Shown here one piece after another: positions 12,751-24,989 of a stretch of 64,000 nt of DNA. The notes beneath the pieces are model-generated. The model was not told the origin of the DNA. It saw only the letters and a list, made by a program, of their open reading frames with translations, and ran no database searches. Each line of letters starts with the position of its first letter. Position 1 is the first letter of the stretch. This DNA is from Lytechinus pictus (taxonomy: Eukaryota): positions 23,252,001 to 23,316,000 of the forward strand of contig NC_087252.1 of NCBI RefSeq assembly GCF_037042905.1. The letters run 5' to 3'. The position numbers were made by a program, and so were the translations under genes.

Positions 12751-15104
12751 ATAAGAACATCAAGGAGTTTTTGATACTCTGGAACATGGAAAACACATGA
12801 AGAAGTGCATGATACTAAGTGTACTTTTAGAACGAAGCATCACAGACCCTAATTACCTTATTTTCAGATAATTGACATCGTCACTTTTAATCTGTATTTT
12901 TCTTGAGAGAAAAGATAGAAAAGGCTACTTTCATCAGTGAATCGTTAAAAATTGGCTGCTCTCTTTATAATTATAACGAGACATATATCAATTCCCTAAG
13001 CCCATATGATTACAATTTGACCAATTAATCTTAATCCTTTTTAGGATTGATTTTATTTAATTAAGTTGATTTCAGTAAACAAAATATAAATAAACTATTT
13101 GGATTATTATAGATTTTTCAGTCAACATAAAAGAAGGCTAATATAATAACATGTACGAATATGCAGCTTAAAGGTCAAGTCTACCCAAAAAGTTATTGAT
13201 TTGAATCAATAGAGAAATAAGAAACAAGCCAATTTCATCAAAAAACGTATGTAAAATAAGAAAGTTATGACATTTGGAAGTTTTTCGCTTATATTTCGCA
13301 AAACAATTACAATCATGTACAACTCAGTGATAAGTAATAAGACACGAGCAACAGAGAACAACAAAATAGTTAAGTAAGGGGATAATAAGAACGATATACG
13401 TTTTGGTTATATTAAAATGACCAATCAATTTCAAAACATTGGTTACAATTCGACAATTAATTTCACTCACTCCTGTTGGTAATTGCAACGAGACACATCA
13501 TAGGGCCAATATCACAATCCTTTTTTTAAACAAATTAATTTCATTCCTATGTCTTGTTATGTGAATGTCTCGTTCTGATTATAAATTATCTCATATGACT
13601 CGTTCTATTTATAATTATTGGCATATAATTTACTTCTTTTCAAAAATTATAGAAAGAGTGAACTTGATGAAGAGAAATAGAAGAGGAATTACAGAAGGGG
13701 GAAAATAGGATAAAAGGAGAAGACGGAGGAGGAGAATGAAGAAAAATAGGAATATGAAGTAAGGGAGTGCAATACAAAGTTTTGTGAATGATATATTGCA
13801 TTATTGGCATATAATTTACTTCTTTTCAAAAATTATCTTCCTACTTATACATCCAGAAGACTATCAAGAGAGCATGGAGAACTGCAATTGTAACAGAACA
13901 TTGGCATGTAATGACGCCTATGATATAATATCTCGTTTTAAGCATAAATTGGATTAAATTGCATAAACTTTAATTGGTGGGTTGTAATGTGAATGTCTCG
14001 TTCTGATTATAAATACGGATAAGTATTAGTCCTATATGATTCGTTCTATATCTTAATTTTTATCAAAAATGATTTTTTTTTTTTAAATAAATATTTTATG
14101 AATTTAGACCTAGTTAAAAATTGAATAAGTTGACCGGTTTATGAAAAGACATGACTTTCTTAGCGTTTTTTGAAATGGTGAACAGGAATGTTATATCTGA
14201 CTAAACAATATTACTGATTCGAGTGCGAAGCGCGATTTAAAATATGTTATAGGGCCTATTGCGATCGGAAACTTCATATTTTAAGTATGTTTTGTACATA
14301 AATTTAGACCTAAAAACGGACATTCCTTGCTTTTTTTTTGGGGGGGGGGTCTTGTTGTATGCATTAAAAATTCTTTAGTAATTTACGTTAAATAATGTGT
14401 TTAATTGCCAATATTTATTATCATCTACGATTATGCTGTAACGAAAAATGCATACACGACATACCTACAGTTACAACATCACCTTATTAATAAACTGGTT
14501 ATTAGATACTGTCTTGCTCGAATGCAGTATACTGAAAATTTATCAAAATCGAATATAAAATAAGAAAGTTATGACATTTAAAGATACGCTTATTTTCAAC
14601 AATTGGAAATTTTGAAATATTACGTGCTTGCACAACACATGTAATTCGATTTAATTATGTTAAAAAATGTCACTTCAGAATTCCTTCAGTTCATTGATAA
14701 AGAACCACCTGTGAATGCCTTTGAGACTATAGGGATACCGTGTAAGATTAATACCCCAAATTCTTGAAAGGAGGGATTAAGATTTGATAGTGATTACGTA
14801 ATCTATTGAAGTTAATGACCGGCATGAACGTGAGACCGGCATGAAACGAGGAAAGAAAGATGAAATAAAAAAAGAGAAAAAATGTGAAAAAGGAATATAA
14901 GAAAAAACAGAAATTCAAGTTTATATTCCTAATGCATTTTAAGCACTTTGTTTGATCGTGAATGATATTTTATTAATAAGAAATAATAATAAATGATAGC
15001 ATGTTTTTAAATATCGCTTTTCTCAGAACGGCTCAAAACGATTTACAGCATATTATTGTCCCATGATTCATTTCAATCCCGCATGAAAAGTGCACAATTT
15101 CCAC

Positions 15105-15335
15105 ATCTTGGGAAGCATTCCTTGCATTCATCGCAGCCTCGAAATGGCGCTTGCAAATTCAAGCATACAATAACTTTCGCATCCAACCGGGTACCCATTT
15201 AGCACCTGGGTCGAGAGTGGCAAGGTGTGCCGGCAATACGTCTTACCAAAGGACGGTATATAGACCGCGGTGAGAATCGAACACACGACTCTCCGTTTAC
15301 AAGGCGGGAGTCAGAACCACTATACGCCACGACTC
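15105..15335 (-). mobile_element. tRNA-derived SINE
   Basis: gggtacccatttagcacctgggtcgagagtggcaa body plus a tRNA-like head (gaatcgaac...aaccacta). Confidence 0.65.
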
Positions 15336-15960
15336 TTAAAAAAAAGGCCTTCCTGAAAAAGTCGTGCACAGAACATGTTTCTCATAAACATAAAATATGA
15401 GCGCGAACTTCTTTCAAACATCAAGGACGAAAAGACCCAAGTATTTTTCGTAAAAATGAATAGCGTGCACAATCTTCTTAATTAAAGTATTAAAAGCATG
15501 AAGAGCGAAATGAACCAATAATTTTAACAAATTGACCTAGCTGAAACACTGATATCTTCCCGTCTGTAAATTTCTTCACTCTTTTTCTTCTTTTCCACTC
15601 TTCTTTGCATTTATTCCATTTTTCCTTTTTACGCAGCCAATAGGGCGTAGAGATCGCATTCGGCCTCCTGGAATTGCCCATTTACATTTTCTTTTTTAGT
15701 CTATATTTTAATTGGTACAAGAGGAGGCAAAGGCGATTAGACACTGGATTCACAAGTTCGTCCAAAAATTAAAACTGATATTTCTAATCTTACACATTCA
15801 CAATCTTGGCCAATTATTGTCTGTTCATTATCGCGATTTTTTTTCCTACTTGATTCTATTTCATCTCCTTTGTTTATCCAGGGGCCGCGGAACGGTTTTC
15901 AAAGTGGGGGGGGGGGGGGCTGAAGCCCTTACAAAGGCAATGCGAGCGCGTAGCGCGAGC

Positions 15961-16455
15961 CACTTCCAGTCACGAGTGGATACCATGCGCGACCATGGGG
16001 TCTCGAAAAGCACCCTAAACACGTAATTTCCATATTCTGAAAATGCGCCCCTTAACAAGTATTGGCGCGTGAAACCCTACCCTTAGCAAGAATTGGTAAC
16101 AAAACGATACTCTTGGCAAATGTTCCCTGAAATGAACCCCTAAACAAGTACAGGAATGTTTTATTGTTACGGGTCCTTCGGTCGTCGGCTTTACCTTATT
16201 TGGTTTAGTACGACCCCACCTTCTACACCTCGCGCAAATCGTGACTCTAAATACGAAGTGTTGGGGCGAATTCGACCCTAAACACGTAATTTTCCTAGCG
16301 AAATAGATACCCTTTTTTCATTATTTTTGTGTTTTTGACACCCTTATCACGTTACGTACATAACGTGCCCTATCGTGAAAAAGACATCCTTTTTACGTGT
16401 TTTTTTTTGTCGCGCATGGTATCCACTCGTCAATGTAAGTGCCCCCCCCCCCGCG
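15961..16455. mobile_element. MITE with cact...acgagtggataccatgcgcgac TIRs
   Basis: Inverted match gtcgcgcatggtatccactcgt at ~16409-16430, duplicated at ~17175-17196. Confidence 0.7.
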
Positions 16456-17623
16456 GGGTTCAAACAAGGACAGAAAATGAGCTATGCCTATATTATACGA
16501 ATCGCTTCATATTTATCCTCCTAAACATTCAGAATCCATGTCATATTCATCATAATCTCTAGATTTATAGAGAAAAAACAGCAAAAATATTGCTCTACAA
16601 TTCTAAAAAGAAGGGTATATACATGTATATATTATTTTAATTATACGAACCAAAAGTCCAGTTTTCTGTCTTATAATTTACTGTGAAAATCACAAGAATT
16701 TGATTAAAAAAAAAATAGGTAGGCCTGTACAATTTTTTTTTTAATTAAAAAAGAAACAAAAATAGAATGGACAAGAAAGGAAGAATATAAAAGAGAAAAG
16801 AAAAATATATAAAAAAAAAAAAAGAAGAAAAGAAAGGAGAAAAACAACGTAAAGGAAAACAAGTACAGGAATGTTTTATTGTTACGGGTCCTTCGGTCGT
16901 CGGCTTTACCTTATTTGGTTTAGTACGACCCCACCTTCTACACCTCGCGCAAATCGTGACTCTAAATACGAAGTGTTGGGGCAAAAAGGACATCCTTTAT
17001 AAAACATTTTAATTTTGTTTTATCATCCCCGCGAATTCGACCCTAAACACGTAATTTTCCTAGCGAAATAGATACCCTTTTTTCATTATTTTTGTGTTTT
17101 TGACACCCTTATCACGTTACGTACATAACGTGCCCTAACGTGAAAAAGACATCCTTTTTACGTGTTTTTTTTTGGTCGCGCATGGTATCCACTCGTCAAT
17201 GTAAGTGCCCCCCCCCCCCGCGGGGTTCAAACAAGGACAGAAAATGAGCTATGCCTATATTATACGAATCGCTTCATATTTATCCTCCTAAACATTCAGA
17301 ATCCATGTCATATTCATCATAATCTCTAGATTTATAGAGAAAAAAACAGCAAAAATATTGCTCTACAATTCTAAAAAGAAGGGTATATACATGTATATAT
17401 TATTTTAATTATACGAACCAAAAGTCCAGTTTTCTGTCTTATAATTTACTGTGAAAATCACAAGAATTTGATTTAAAAAAAAATAGGTAGGCCTGTACAA
17501 TTTTTCTTTTAATTAAAAAAGAAACAAAAATAGAATGGACAAGAAAGGAAGAATATAAAAGAGAAAAGAAAAATATATTTAAAAAAAAAGAAGAAAAGAA
17601 AGGAGAAAAAAACGTAAAGGAAA
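16142..17623. repeat. Near-identical tandem segmental duplication (~715 bp and ~765 bp copies)
   Basis: Both copies start aaacaagtacaggaatgtttt (16142, 16857) and end ...cgtaaaggaaa. Copy 1 lacks about 50 bp. Confidence 0.85.
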
Positions 17624-17954
17624 AGGAAAAGTGTTTAAACAAGGACAAAAAAATGAGCTATATGCCTGTATTGTCTTGAAAATGATTTTTTTTTAAATAA
17701 GATGACTGAGACACGTACTGCACTGGGCCATGTTAAACCAAGAAAAGAATATAAACCAACAAAATTCTACTTTTAGTTAAAGACAGATCGACCGACTGAA
17801 ATGTGGATGAAAATATTTTCTGATTCTCCCTTCTTTTCCCCCTTTTCGCGAAAGGTGCATGGATCCTCCCCTGTATAACATACCCCCACGACTCTCCCTC
17901 CTTCCACCCCCCCCCCCCTTTGGCGAAAGCTGGATACTCCCCTGTACCCCCTCC

Positions 17955-18245
17955 CCCGTATCCACAAACATTATCCCAGCTGCCCGTATCCTCGTATCCA
18001 CGTATCCGCGTATCTTCGTATCCATGTATCCAGTTATCAGTACGGTAGTAGTATCCACGTATCCGCGTATCCACGTATCCTCGTATCCATGTATCCAGTT
18101 ATCAGTACGGTAGTAGTATCCACGTATCCGCGTATCTTCGTATCCATGTATCCATTTATCAGTACGGTAGTAGTATCCACGTATCCCAGTATCCACGTAT
18201 CCTCGTATCCATGTGTATCCACGTATCTTAGTATCCATGTATCCG
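17955..18245 (-). repeat. Inverted GGATAC-type tandem repeat with a ~55-60 bp higher-order unit
   Basis: gtatccacgtatccgcgtatc...ttatcagtacggtagta is repeated three times. Confidence 0.85.
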
Positions 18246-18488
18246 CTTTTATCTCAAAAACGTAATTTCTAAAAAAGTTAACAAGTACCGGTACGTCGTA
18301 TCCGTTGTTTTCTCGTTTTAAAATCTAGAGATTTTTGTAATCGATTCATGACATTGGATTCTAAAGGTAAGCCGATTACCTTTAGAATCCAATGTCATGG
18401 TATCCGTTGTTTTCTCGTTTTAAAATCTAGAGATTTTTGTAATCGATTCATGACATTGGATTCTAAAGGTAAGCCATGATTTTTTTAC

Positions 18489-18533
18489 CCGTTGTCGTAG
18501 GTGTCGCTGTTGTGGTCTCTTCTGTTGGTGATT
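18489..18533 (-). CDS. Exon: Thr-rich linker (ESPTEETTTATPTTT)
   Basis: cacag| acceptor and |gtaaaa donor; 45 bp, phase 1-1; mucin-like composition. Confidence 0.72.
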
Positions 18534-19827
18534 CTGTGTGTAAAATTGAAAAAAAAAATATTGACGTTGACATATTGGTCATGTTTCTTCACAAGACGTT
18601 AAAAATACAAACTAGATCAATTTTAAACACACCGTGCAATACTTTGAAAAGAAAAACAATTGTACTGTTATTATCTAGTTGGGAAGGCAAAAATAACTTT
18701 AAAAGAATAAAAGTGGTCGATCACTGATCACTCCAATTGTTCCCTGCCTCTTATCAAGACTATATAGCCCCAAGAGATTTCCAATTTTTCCTTGGGGTCC
18801 AAGGGGGAGCAGCCCGGCAGGAATTCCCCATCACTGTCACTCATCAGAATCAAATATGTTCTTTGAATGGAAAATATATCAACATACCAGAGAAATGATA
18901 GTGAGACAATTCCCCTTGCATGCTCGGACAATTGGGTTTCATGACATTCGCTCCTGCAACAACTGCTCGATGGAAAATCAAAACTGCTCATCGAGGCAAA
19001 CACAAAACCTTACCTCCAAAGGTAAATAAACCGTAAAAGCTAGGCCTAATCCTTTGACCTTATCTTTACACTACTCAGTACAAAAAACTCAATTACATAA
19101 TTCTCGCTCTAATAAGTCTAACCCAATGCCCAGAGACCAGATCAAATGTCACCAGAACAAATGTAGTGTCACAGGTCACCGACAATCGATCAGCCGATCA
19201 CGGAAAGTCATCGGCTTACACAGCTCTTTCAGCTCCATGGCTTTCTGAATTGAAACGCATCGTTCAGTAGCGGTACCATGTTTTGCCACAATCAACACCG
19301 CACATCGCCCCAGACTTTCCGTACAATCTTTCTCACAGTCACACACTCATACCTCGCTGATGTTGTTGGAGGCACACGGCCACGGTGTTGAAAATCCGCA
19401 TCCCATCTCTTTATTTTGAATGCTTGAATCCTTGGGAAAAAATAAATCACAGTCGTTTCTTACACCGTTTGGTGGATGACACCGGAGACCTGGGGCAGGC
19501 CTACCACACATGTTAGCTGTGTTTGTTAACTTTCATTCAATCTTCGGTGAGGATAAACGACACGGCATCATCAACCATCAACTCGAAATCTCGATTACAC
19601 CGTATGTTGTTATGCAATAATAACTAGCCAATCTCTTCCTTGTTCCAGATTCTGCACCTGAGAAAGCTTGAGACCCCCTTTATTTCGGATGGATATGAAT
19701 AATTTCGGCAGTCCGGGGGGGGGGGGGGGGGGGGAGGGGGGGGTGTTGGCGACCCCGGCTTTGACGCCTCGGCCCGAACAATAGCTTTTCATTGGAAGGG
19801 AATAACTATAAAATAATCAATTGATTC

Positions 19828-20382
19828 TTAAAGAATATAAGTCCACGTACCCCAACAAAAGATGATTTGAACAAAAGGAGAAAAATCCAACAAACATAAC
19901 ACTGAAAATTTCATAAATATTGGATGAAAAATAAAGATATACAACATTTTAAATATTCGCTTAATCACAAAACAGTTAAATGCACATCCTTGTCGGCATG
20001 CAAATGAGGAGACTGGTGATGTCATCCACTCATACTATTTCTTTTGTTTTTTATTACATGAAATATTTTAATTTTCTCCTCTTGTTAGCACGATTGTTTA
20101 ATTAAAGTCAAGTTGGTCCTTGTTTTCTGTAAAAAAATTAATTATAGTATAATTCAAACAATAAAAAAAAATATATAGTGAGTGAGGGACATCATCATCG
20201 ACTGATCATTTACATGTCACTAGGTTGTGCATATCACCTTTTTGGGAAAATAAGCGAAACTTTAAAATGTCATGTTTCTTATTTTACATCCGATTTTGAT
20301 GAAATTTTTAGCATTATATGCTAGTTTGATTTTTCTCTATTTATTCAAATCAACATTTTTCTGGGGTGGACTTGACCTTTAA
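19828..20382. mobile_element. TTAA-flanked long-TIR MITE (Kolobok-like), abundant family
   Basis: aagtccac.ccc...ggggtggacttgacctttaa; homologous to 44673-45261 and 58055-58652, with fragments at ~13168-13330 and ~14535-14600. Confidence 0.75.
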
Positions 20383-20442
20383 GTATTTTCATGTTTCCTA
20401 GTTGGAGGAAGCGGGAAGGGGGTGACAGGGGGCTAAACATAC

Positions 20443-20556
20443 CGCATAGTTGCTCATCCTCCCCAGTCGAACATTGCTCCTCGTTATCACATCTTAACGA
20501 TTGAGTGATGCATGTGCCGTCATTGCAGCGGAAAAATCCTTCCTCGCAAGCTTCTC
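20443..20556 (-). CDS. LDL-receptor class A repeat 1 (GEACEEGFFRCNDGTCITQSLRCDNEEQCSTGEDEQLC)
   Basis: Six-Cys LDLa spacing with FxC, CI and DE motifs; cacag| acceptor and |gtatgt donor; 114 bp, phase 1-1. Confidence 0.92.
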
Positions 20557-20654
20557 CTGTGACGGGAAATATTAATATCATGGTGTATATGATAATGAAA
20601 ATGACAGAATTGGCAATTATATAGGCCTCATGATAACGATGAATATCGATGATC

Positions 20655-20890
20655 ATGATTGACGATGGTGATGATGATGACATAGTGATGGTGATGATGA
20701 TGGCGGTGATAATGAGGAGAAGGGGGAGAATATTGTGATCGATGGTGTTGACGGTGATGATGCAATGATGATGATGATGATGACAATGGTGATGATGATG
20801 ATGATGATAGACCTAATGATGATGATGATGATGATGATGATAAAAATGATAATACTGAAGGCTAACATAAATTCATGATGATGATTACAT
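20655..20890. repeat. (GAT)n microsatellite
   Basis: Visible. Confidence 0.9.
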
Positions 20891-21658
20891 AATCATCATA
20901 TAGGCCTACATACCATCTCGTCATGATAAAAATCAATTTAATCTTGTTATCCTTATCATTCATATCGGCAATATAGGTCTAACTTTGCAATTAGTGGCAC
21001 TAGTGGAAAGCCGGATTACTACACTACAATTTCTCTTGTACTTTATCATTTGAAATACGAAATGTTTATGTTACAGTACTTGCAACAAAAATCAAGGTTT
21101 GATTACTATAATTTGATTACTAATAACATAATTAATTGTCTGTATCGTAACCTATTGTAAATCCATGAAAAACGTCCTTACTGTTATATTCATAAAAGAT
21201 AAATATTCTATATTATTTTCATATAGTACAGTGCAAGGTAGAAAATAAGTGACATCACGCTCTCTCACTTGCATAGGGCCTACTGCCCAGGGGCCCTTTC
21301 TTCTAATAACAAATTTACAATAACAGTTTAAAGCTAATGAATTAATTTAAATTGATGTTAAAGATATTGTCCAATTGTTACAACAACAGGTCTTTATGCA
21401 TATGGAACGGGACTTAGGATGTGCATATAACTGCTTTGAGAAAGTAAATGATACTTTTAAGTGGGCACGTTTTAATTTCACACCCGATTCTAATCGAAAT
21501 TACCAATGTATTGGTTGTTCCATTATTTGCTTTATATTCAGATTAATTTTCTGTTGGGGGAATTGCCCTTCAATTATGAAACATTATTTAAAAACTTTGT
21601 TTGTTTGCGGCATTTAGAGACGAGATATTGAGATAAACGGCAAAACAGCAATACATAC

Positions 21659-21712
21659 CAGGCGTGACGGTATCTGGTAGATTCGTGCCATCTGCTGTTA
21701 CCGGAACAGATA
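21659..21712 (-). CDS. Exon: linker (VSVPVTADGTNLPDTVTP)
   Basis: Long polypyrimidine tract with gacag| acceptor and |gtatgt donor; 54 bp, phase 1-1. Confidence 0.75.
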
Positions 21713-21897
21713 CTGTCATGAAAAGTAAAAAAAAAAAAAAAAGGAAAAAAAAATGCTCTTTGAGAATTGCGTATCTAATATCGGAAATGCTGTGCAAATA
21801 CATATAATATAAATAATTGAATTGAATTGATATAAATATGAAATTATGTATTGCTCTTCGTTGGAATTGAGCACTCTTGGAAATCTCAACTACTATA

Positions 21898-21900
<3 letters not shown>

Positions 21901-21953
<53 letters not shown>
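21901..21953. repeat. (AT)n microsatellite
   Basis: Visible. Confidence 0.95.
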
Positions 21954-21955
<2 letters not shown>

Positions 21956-22236
21956 AAGTTCAAAGTTAATTCGGATGAAAACCAAAGTTTTCTCCAGGGG
22001 TAGACGAACAGCCCAAAGAACCCTGAATAAGAAATCTCCACAAAGACCACCGAGAAATCGGCCATGAATTGTGAAGAACCAGGAACCTCAACATGCTCAA
22101 GGGCCATATATCATAGTACACAGAAACACCTTTGAAAATCAATAACGATTTGTGGTGTTTCAGTGGCTGTGCTCCCATGTGCTCTCTCTGGAATGGGGGA
22201 TAACTAAACCTAATAAGCTATTAAACCAAAAATTAC

Positions 22237-22445
22237 CCTCTGAAATTTCAACTTGGACATCTGTCGATCCAAGATTTCCATTGTTGGACAGTGATTGCAT
22301 AACAGCGTCGTTGGTGGCGTCAGACACCTGATTCGCTACTTGAAGCTGAACATCAAATGCCGATGAGGAGTCTGCAGCTCCAGGCAAGGCCGTCGCGACG
22401 TCACCAGAAACTACGATTTCTGCACCCACGACAATACTCCCAGGA
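22237..22445 (-). CDS. SEA domain 1, exon c (NPGSIVVGAEIVVSGD...VQVEISE)
   Basis: ctctag| acceptor and |gtaatt donor; 209 bp, phase 2 to 1. Contains GSIVV. Paralogous to 3642-3853. Confidence 0.88.
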
Positions 22446-22604
22446 CTAGAGGGAATAAGAGAATATGATGATCATTTGTTGATGGGGTAATAATATGAAA
22501 ACGCGATGACAACATAAGTAGCCTTTTAAAACCATTTTCTTGATGCTGAACTTTAGACCTATACAGGCTTCCCCGTTGCTAAAATTGCTGCTTTCCGTAC
22601 CTAA

Positions 22605-22704
22605 AACTACTGCTGATACTACAACTGCTACTACTAGTACTATTTCTACTTGTACTACTACTTCTACTATATAGCCCTACTGCTGCTGCTGCTACTACTA
22701 TTAT

Positions 22705-22770
<66 letters not shown>

Positions 22771-22808
22771 TTCTACTACTACTACTACTGCTACCACCAC
22801 CACTACTG

Positions 22809-22848
<40 letters not shown>

Positions 22849-22862
22849 CACCACCAATACTG

Positions 22863-22893
<31 letters not shown>

Positions 22894-22935
22894 AACTACA
22901 TACTACTACTGCTGCTATACTATCACTACTAATAA
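22605..22935. repeat. (CTA)n microsatellite
   Basis: Visible. Confidence 0.95.
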
Positions 22936-23171
22936 TATTTTTTGTAATATAAAGTATACCCTATCAGTATAAAGTATATCCTGCATCATTCAAACAATAA
23001 TTCATTTTCATTTACTGTGTTTTCAAATAATTATAGGCATATAAGAAAAAAAATACAATTGTTCTTTTCTTGAGGGTTTAACACTAAGGAGCGACTTTGA
23101 CAAAATACAAGTACAAGTCCCCTGCCGCGATCCCAAGACTTCGCATAGAAGCAATAGGGTCCCATGGTGTG

Positions 23172-23410
23172 CATGGGAGAGCGTTTTGGCCCAATATACT
23201 AGTATTAGTCTCCGGACTTTGAAACAGAGGGTCGTGGGTTCAAATCCCAGCCATGGTGTAATTTCCTTCAGCAAGAAATTGATCTGCATTGTGCTGCACT
23301 CAACCTAGGTTAGGTAAACGTGTACTTGCATGGCAGGAATTAATTCCTTGAAATGCTTGTGCACTGCAAAGCCACTAGTCAAAAGCCGGGCTAATAATTA
23401 TTATTATCAT
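23172..23410 (+). mobile_element. tRNA-derived SINE
   Basis: ggagagcgttttggccca...ctttgaa...gggttcaaatcccagccatgg; homolog of 23793-24085. Confidence 0.75.
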
Positions 23411-23435
23411 AAATTATTAAGAGAGTACTATTTAC

Positions 23436-23506
23436 TTTAAACTTGTCACAGTTACATTGTTTACGAAGCCTCCAATCATATCGTCATTCTGTAGTCCGTT
23501 CATCAT
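23436..23506 (-). CDS. SEA domain 1, exon b (MMNGLQNDDMIGGFVNNVTVTSL)
   Basis: ttttaag| acceptor and |gtaaat donor; 71 bp, phase 0 to 2. Same length and phase as 4902-4972. Confidence 0.85.
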
Positions 23507-23792
23507 CTTAAAAGAAAGAGAAGAATCATAAAATTTAATATTTTGACTCGTAAAAGGAATACAAAATTTGACCCAGACATATAAAGATAACCTTATCCAT
23601 CGCATGAAGTGATAGGCAAATAGCAAACGGTTAGAAAATAATAAATTAGTTAAACTCTGCCTATTGTTCCCAATAGTACGCCATGTAATTAATATATGAA
23701 TGCTAGTTCTTGATGTATGAATTGGAATTTTGTATCCGTTTAAATGTTTTTTTTAATGTATACGATAAATATTGTATCATTCATTTATGCGT

Positions 23793-24085
23793 GTGGAGCG
23801 TTGTGGCCCAGTGGATTAGTCTCCGAACTTTGAAACAGAGGGTCATGGGTTCGAATCCGAGCCATGGCGTAATTTCCTTCGGCAATAAATTCATTCACAT
23901 TGTGCTGCACTCGACCCAGGTGAGGTGAATGGGTACCCGGTAGGATTTATTCCTTGAACGCTTTAGCGCCTATTAATATGGCGGCTCAGCTAAAGCCGGG
24001 GTAACAATATGATACCAAGTATCAAAGCGCAGTTGAGTATATGCACATAGTAACTGCGCTATATAAATGGACATATTATTATTAT
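23793..24085 (+). mobile_element. tRNA(Gln-like)-derived SINE, near full length
   Basis: A box tggcccagtgg, anticodon loop ctttgaa, B box ggttcgaatcc, body and (ATT)n tail. An inverted tail copy is at ~40080-40225. Confidence 0.8.
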
Positions 24086-24291
24086 CAATATTATACAGGA
24101 AAGGATTAACATGATGTATTCCCTCTGTAAAATATTTTTTTTTAAATGAGGATATGAACAACAGAGGAAATTGGAAAAAAAGTGAAGGGACATGAGGAAA
24201 ACGAAAAAAAAAAAAAAAATAGAGACATGTTGATCGGTGCCATTTCTGGTTAAAAAGAAAGTAATTTCATTCTTTAGGTAGTGACCTTCTC

Positions 24292-24482
24292 CAGGGGCCG
24301 CGAAATGGGGGGGGGGGGGGTGGCTGCGGATGCTTCAGCCCCCATTTCTATCCCTATAAACCGTGTACAAAAACGTAAAAAATTTCCATCTGATGGTGAT
24401 TTTTTGCATGGTTATCCGGACTTAGCCCGGCCCCAACTTTTAACTCAGCCCTCCCACTTTCAAAACCGTTCCGCGGCCCTTG
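24292..24482. mobile_element. hAT-like MITE (caggggccgcg termini); fragments at ~15879-15935 and ~46589-46715
   Basis: TIR caggggccgcg / cgcggcccttg. Confidence 0.6.
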
Positions 24483-24518
24483 CTCTCTACCACCACCACC
24501 CTGTGGGTACAAGATTAC

Positions 24519-24631
24519 CTCAGCTTCCGTCTTGCTCGCAAACTCCATATATTCAGTAGATGAGGGGTCACTGAACTCTGGAATGAATACAACTCCATTC
24601 AGGGTGGCAGACACTTTGATGTTCACATCGC
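24519..24631 (-). CDS. SEA domain 1, exon a (GDVNIKVSATLNGVVFIPEFSDPSSTEYMEFASKTEAE)
   Basis: cccag| acceptor and |gtaatc donor; 113 bp. Carries the SEA-type F...DPSSxEY motif. Paralogous to 8032-8144. Confidence 0.88.
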
Positions 24632-24767
24632 CTGGGTTTGATGACATCAAATGAGAATTATAAATCAGGTATAAGTGAGAATTTGAGTGAAAGATGATCA
24701 TGCAATAATCGGCATTTATAATGCGTCTTCTATAGCACCATCAAAGCCAAACTGGAAAGGGATAAAG

Positions 24768-24989
24768 CACTCTAAAACAGAGAGTAAAAATTAACCCAAT
24801 ATTGGGTAAAAGGGAGCATGAATATTTGCTGGGTAATTTTTCCCCCAAATATTGGGCAAAATGCACGTTTGAAGGGTAAATTTCAACGACATATTGCGTA
24901 AAATTTACAAAATATTTGGTATCTTTTTACCCAACAAACATGCATGTTCCCATGATTTTACCCAATATTGGGTAAACTTTTTCTAGAGT
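24768..24989. mobile_element. MITE with cccaatattggg TIRs; second copy at ~45662-45872
   Basis: actctaaaa...acccaatattgggtaa and its inverse; the body is shared with 45680-45860. Confidence 0.6.

Larger units (their letters stand above)
11568..18369. mobile_element. ~6.8-kb non-autonomous TIR element with inverted subterminal TGGATAC arrays
   Basis: 37-bp perfect inverted repeats at 11568-11604 and 18333-18369. TGGATAC(G/T) array on plus at 11990-12750; GTATCCA array at 17955-18245. Confidence 0.75.

Noticed and set aside
18727..19610. Higher-GC, coding-looking stretch with a DLIFT-like motif (possible decayed LINE endonuclease)
   Set aside because: All frames are broken by stops and motif evidence is too thin; a tblastx/Dfam search is needed.
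23793..23870. Functional tRNA-Gln(TTG) gene
   Set aside because: It continues directly into a SINE body and tail and has several diverged copies in the window.
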